From positions 1 through 20,066 of the forward strand of contig CAZEBC010000045.1 of NCBI GenBank assembly GCA_964510165.1: 20,066 nt of DNA, given 5' to 3'. The stretch is from an uncultured bacterium (GTDB taxonomy: Bacteria; Abyssobacteria; SURF-5). This document shows positions 16,126 to 20,066 of this stretch, one piece after another. The notes below the pieces were generated by a model that was given only the letters and a program-made list of their open reading frames with translations, did no database searches and was not told where the DNA came from. The translations under genes and the position numbers were made by a program. Every line of letters begins with the position of its first letter. The stretch's first letter is position 1.

Positions 16126-16128
16126 CTT

Positions 16129-18021
16129 CTACGTGAAATCGAGCTCGAACGTGTACACGCCTTCGCTGAGGATGCTCTTCATCTTGAGCCCGCTCTTTTG
16201 CAGGAGCGATTGGGCGGCGCGGTTCTCGCGGAGCACTTCCGCCGAGAAGCCGCCGATGCCGTTGCGGCGCGCAATGGTGATCAGGTACTTGAGCAGGAAC
16301 GACCCGATCCCGCGCTTCTGCCATTCGTCCCTGACGAGCAGCGCGATCTCCGCGCGGTTGGTTCGCGGATTCAGGTAGTAACGCCCGATCGCGATGATCT
16401 CGTCGCCATGGGCCTCCGGGACGGTGCCCACAAGCGCCACATCGTTGCGGCTGCTGATGTACGCGAAGTCCTGCATCTGTTTCTGCGGGATTCGCTTCAT
16501 GTGGGACATGTACCGATAATACATCGCCTGCTGGGACAGCGCGTAAAACAGGTCTCTGATTCGCGGTTCATCGGTCGGATGAATCGGGCGGAAGTTTATC
16601 TGGGTCCCGTCATCCAGGAGGAGCGAGGTGCGAAGGTCCTGAGGCCCGAGCAGGATCTTGCCCTCCATATCGCCCAACTCGACGGCCAGTTCGGGCCGCA
16701 CATACTTGGCCTTGATCGCCTCCTTGAGCAGCGCGGCCCTGAATTTCGGGTGCGCGATGCTGATGAGCGCGAGCGCGCGGTCCTGCACGCTCTTGCCGTG
16801 GAGGTACGCGATTCCGTGCTCGGTCACCACGTAATGCACGTCGCCGCGCGTGGTCACCACGCCCGCTCCCGCGCTCAGATGCGCCACGATGCGCGAGATC
16901 TCCTCATTGTGTGCGGTCGAAGGCAGCGCGATGATTGCCTTGCCGTTGTGCGACCTGGCCGCGCCTCGATTGAAGTCCACCTGTCCGCCGATTCCCGAGA
17001 AGAACTTGGTGCCCAGCGAATCGGAGCATACCTGCCCGGTGAGGTCAATCTCGAGCGCCACATTGATCGCCACCATCTTATGCTGTTGGCCGATAACGAA
17101 CACATCGTTCACGTATTCGGTCGGATGGAACGCGAAGAAGGGGTTGTTGTCGATGTAGTCGTACAGTTTTCGGCTGCCCATGCAGAAACTGGCGACGATC
17201 TTGCCGCGGTCAACCGACTTGCGTTTGCCCGTGACGGCGCCCGATTCCACCAGTTCGATCATAGCGTCAGAGAACATCTCGGTGTGTATGCCGAGGTCCT
17301 TCTTGCCCTTGAGAAACTCGATCACCGCCTGCGGGATGCGCCCGATGCCGAACTCGATCGTCGAGCCATCTTCCACCAGCGCGGCGATATATTCGCCGAT
17401 GCGGCGGGTCACTTCCGTCGGCTGCGCCTGCGTGATCTCATACAAAGGCTCCTCTGCCGGCACGAGTATGTCAAGGTCGTGCACATGCAGGAAGCTGTCG
17501 CCGAGGGTGCGCGGCATCTGGGGATTCACCTGGGCGATGACGAGGCCCGCATTTTCGGCGGCGCTCCTCACTATATCAACGGAAATGCCGAGACTGCACA
17601 TGCCCATCCTATCGGGCGGCGTGACCTGTATCAGCGCGGCGTCAAGCGGCAACTGGCCTGACTTGAACAGCCGCGGGATATCCGACAGGAAAATCGGAGT
17701 GTAATCGCCGAGCCCCTCCTGGATTATGTTGCGCACGTTTTCCGCGATGAAGAAGCTGTTGACGCGGAAATGCTCAGCGAGTTCCTTGTGCGCGTAGGGG
17801 GCCTCTCCGAAGGTAAGCAGATGCACGATCTCCGTGTCGGCCAACTCGTTGGAGCGCGCTGTCAACGCGCGAACAAGGCTCTGAGGGGTAGCGCAGCCGG
17901 TCCCGATGAACACGCGATGCCCGGGCATTATGCGCGAGACGGCCTCCTCGGGCGTTTGTACCAGAGACCGGTATTTTTCGCGCCAGTCGGGGTCATAAAT
18001 CGCCTTGCGTTGTTCCATCAT
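16129..18021 (-). CDS. Acetyl-CoA hydrolase/CoA-transferase domain fused to a C-terminal GNAT acetyltransferase
   Basis: Family I CoA-transferase motifs: IEFGIGRIP, LGIHTEMFSD (catalytic Glu present), GIGGQVDF and VHYVVTEHGIA. The C-terminal GNAT has FRPIHPTDE..., AEIALLVRDEWQKRGIGSFLL and VLRENRAA. ATGA overlap with the upstream gene. Confidence 0.93.
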   Translation of the reverse strand: MMEQRKAIYDPDWREKYRSLVQTPEEAVSRIMPGHRVFIGTGCATPQSLVRALTARSNELADTEIVHLLTFGEAPYAHKELAEHFRVNSFFIAENVRNIIQEGLGDYTPIFLSDIPRLFKSGQLPLDAALIQVTPPDRMGMCSLGISVDIVRSAAENAGLVIAQVNPQMPRTLGDSFLHVHDLDILVPAEEPLYEITQAQPTEVTRRIGEYIAALVEDGSTIEFGIGRIPQAVIEFLKGKKDLGIHTEMFSDAMIELVESGAVTGKRKSVDRGKIVASFCMGSRKLYDYIDNNPFFAFHPTEYVNDVFVIGQQHKMVAINVALEIDLTGQVCSDSLGTKFFSGIGGQVDFNRGAARSHNGKAIIALPSTAHNEEISRIVAHLSAGAGVVTTRGDVHYVVTEHGIAYLHGKSVQDRALALISIAHPKFRAALLKEAIKAKYVRPELAVELGDMEGKILLGPQDLRTSLLLDDGTQINFRPIHPTDEPRIRDLFYALSQQAMYYRYMSHMKRIPQKQMQDFAYISSRNDVALVGTVPEAHGDEIIAIGRYYLNPRTNRAEIALLVRDEWQKRGIGSFLLKYLITIARRNGIGGFSAEVLRENRAAQSLLQKSGLKMKSILSEGVYTFELDFT

Positions 18022-20066
18022 TGACGAGTCTCTCCTTCCGACAGAATGATGCGCGCGTCGGCCACCACCGGCTCGGCGCCCATCTCACGCACGATCAACG
18101 GACTTATGTCGAGTTCCTGAATCTGCGGGAAATCCGTCACGAGCTGGCTTATGCGCTGCAGGCCGTTGGCGATCGCCGCGAGGTCCACGCCCGGCTGTCC
18201 GCGCGCACCCTTGAGCAGCGCGTAGGAACGGCTTTCCGACAGCATCTGCATCGCCTCTTCAGCGGTTATCGGCGCCAGATGAAACGCCACGTCCCTCATC
18301 ACCTCAACGAAGATGCCGCCGAGACCGAACATGAGCATCGGCCCGAATTGCGGGTCACGGTTCATCCCCATGATGACCTCGCGGCCCTGCGGACACATCT
18401 TTTCTATGTACACGCCTTCAAGCTCGACGTCGGGCATGCGCTGGCGGACGCGAAGCAGCATGAGGTCGCATGCGTCGCGCACGTCCTGGGGATTCGACAA
18501 CCCCAGCTTGATTCCGCCGACATCGGATTTGTGCACTATGTTCGGAGATACGATCTTGACCGCGACCGGATAGCCGATCCTCTCGGCGACCTCGACCGCT
18601 TCCTCGGCGTTCACGACGATGTGCCCCTCAGGCACGATAAACCCGTATGCGCTCAGTAGTTCCTTCGCTTTGACCTCTCCGACGTATGTGCGGCCCGCCC
18701 TCAATTGGCGAGCGATTATCCGTTCGGCTCTGCGTCGGTGTACCGGGAAGCGGGTCACCACGCGCGGAGGACGCAGCCTCCAGGTGGCATAGTCACACAA
18801 CGCCCGGAGCGCGGCGACTGCGCGCTCGGGGGACGGATAGTCGGGCAGGTTCGAATCGAGCATCTCGTCGCGGCTCGGCATCACGTCCTCTCCGCCGATG
18901 AACGCGGCCAACACAGGCTTGTTCCCGCGAATGCAGCCGGCGATTGTGCGCGCCGTCTCGGCGGCCTTGGTCATGACTTTCGGCGTGAGGATGACTATGA
19001 CAGAGTCGATCGAATCGTCGTCGAGAGCCGCGTTGAAGGCCTCCGCATATCGCTCGCAATCGGCGTCGCCCAACACCGCAATGGGATTGTCCGTGATGTA
19101 CGAGGACGGCATCTTGCCGCGCAGCGCCGTCGAGACGCCGCTTGCAGGCGGCGCCAACTGCATCCCGGAATGGTCCACCGCGTCGGCCGCTATGATGCCC
19201 GGACCGTAGGCGTTGCTTATGATGGCCACACGATTCCCCTTCGGCAACGGCTGCGTTGCGAAGGCCACCGCGTAGTCAAGCAGCTTTTCGAAGCTGTCGG
19301 CCCGTATCACGCCCGAGCGATTGAAGGCGGCGCCATACGCGATGTCGGAGCCCGCCAGGCTGCCCGTATGTGAAGAGGCCGCCTTTATGCCCGCGCGCGT
19401 TATGCCTGCCTTCAAGATAACGACCGGCTTGGTCGCCGAAGCCGTCTCGGCCGCTTTGACAAACCCGTCGCCCGAACTGATGCTCTCCAGGTAGCCGATG
19501 ATGACCTTTGTCTGCTCGTCCGCCGAGAACGCTTCCAGAAAATCTATTTCGGTCAAATCGGCCCGGTTGCCGATGCCGACCATCTTCGCAAGGCCGAGGT
19601 GTCCCTTGGCGGCCCAGTCCATGATGGCCGTACACACCGCGCCGGACTGCGATACGACCGATATCCCGCCCCGGCGGGGAAACTGCGGGATAATCGAGGC
19701 GTTGAGCCAGTGGTCGGTGTTGATCAGGCCGGGACAGTTGGGACCGAGCAGCCGCACTTTGTGCGCGGCGCAGGTCTGCGATATTTCCTGTTCAAGCGCG
19801 GCCCCCTCCGGCGAGGCCTCCTTGAAACCCGCCGTGATAAGCGCGATCGCCTTCGCGCCTGCGTGAATTGACCCCTCAACGGCCAACCTCACGGCTGAGA
19901 CGGGAACGGCGATGACAGCGAGTTCGATCTGCCCGTGGAACTTCCTGAGGTCATTGCAGCACTTTATTCCCAGCACCTCTTCGGCAACGGGGTTCACGGG
20001 TACGATCTCACCCTTGAATCCGCAGCTAATCAGGTTGGCAAGAATGTCGTGGCCGACCTTGCCGGG
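18018..20066 (-). CDS. ADP-forming acetate/acyl-CoA ligase, fused alpha/beta type (CoA-binding - ligase - ATP-grasp); partial, start beyond the right edge
   Basis: The frame is open to 20066 (PGKVGHDILANLISCGFKGEIVPVNP...). Motifs: LLGPNCPG, VSQSGA, ASSHTGSLAG (catalytic His present), GYPVAVKIVSPNIVHKSDVGG, DPQFGPMLMFGLGGIFVE, ELDISPL...VADARI. Confidence 0.93.
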   Translation of the reverse strand, partial: PGKVGHDILANLISCGFKGEIVPVNPVAEEVLGIKCCNDLRKFHGQIELAVIAVPVSAVRLAVEGSIHAGAKAIALITAGFKEASPEGAALEQEISQTCAAHKVRLLGPNCPGLINTDHWLNASIIPQFPRRGGISVVSQSGAVCTAIMDWAAKGHLGLAKMVGIGNRADLTEIDFLEAFSADEQTKVIIGYLESISSGDGFVKAAETASATKPVVILKAGITRAGIKAASSHTGSLAGSDIAYGAAFNRSGVIRADSFEKLLDYAVAFATQPLPKGNRVAIISNAYGPGIIAADAVDHSGMQLAPPASGVSTALRGKMPSSYITDNPIAVLGDADCERYAEAFNAALDDDSIDSVIVILTPKVMTKAAETARTIAGCIRGNKPVLAAFIGGEDVMPSRDEMLDSNLPDYPSPERAVAALRALCDYATWRLRPPRVVTRFPVHRRRAERIIARQLRAGRTYVGEVKAKELLSAYGFIVPEGHIVVNAEEAVEVAERIGYPVAVKIVSPNIVHKSDVGGIKLGLSNPQDVRDACDLMLLRVRQRMPDVELEGVYIEKMCPQGREVIMGMNRDPQFGPMLMFGLGGIFVEVMRDVAFHLAPITAEEAMQMLSESRSYALLKGARGQPGVDLAAIANGLQRISQLVTDFPQIQELDISPLIVREMGAEPVVADARIILSEGETRQ

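Noticed and set aside
13340-16128. Calling the primase region a prophage, ICE or IS
   Set aside because: No integrase, transposase, att direct repeats, tRNA target or structural genes are visible, so it is reported only as a lone gene.
16063-17661. 532-aa plus-strand ORF
   Set aside because: It is the antisense shadow of the CoA-transferase-GNAT gene.
18018-20066. Calling the ligase a Pat/PatZ acetyltransferase
   Set aside because: The catalytic His is retained and the protein stops after the ATP-grasp domain with no C-terminal GNAT. An N-terminal extension outside the window cannot be excluded.

Overview
GC-rich bacterial window whose gene content looks like an anaerobe (Desulfobacterota-like; the taxonomy cannot be established from this window). 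It has three blocks. (1) A >13 kb minus-strand operon (13136 to <1) behind a clear sigma-54 promoter and a palindromic upstream site. It encodes three Cache-type sensor histidine kinases, six stand-alone receiver (REC) proteins, a REC domain fused to an SLC13/DASS transporter, and a >1024-aa PPDK-like dikinase that the ORF track misses because it runs off the left edge. The dikinase has a ~540-aa N-terminal extension that resembles, by eye, the helical domain of plant glucan/phosphoglucan water dikinases. (2) A lone phage/satellite-type primase-helicase gene (13632-15845, +). It has REP-like palindromes in its inter-domain linkers, an ori-like ~100-bp palindrome right after the stop codon, short heptamer arrays on both flanks, and no integrase. 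(3) A minus-strand pair: an ADP-forming acyl-CoA synthetase (5'-truncated) coupled to an acetyl-CoA hydrolase/transferase-GNAT fusion. All family calls come from reading motifs; no database searches were run.
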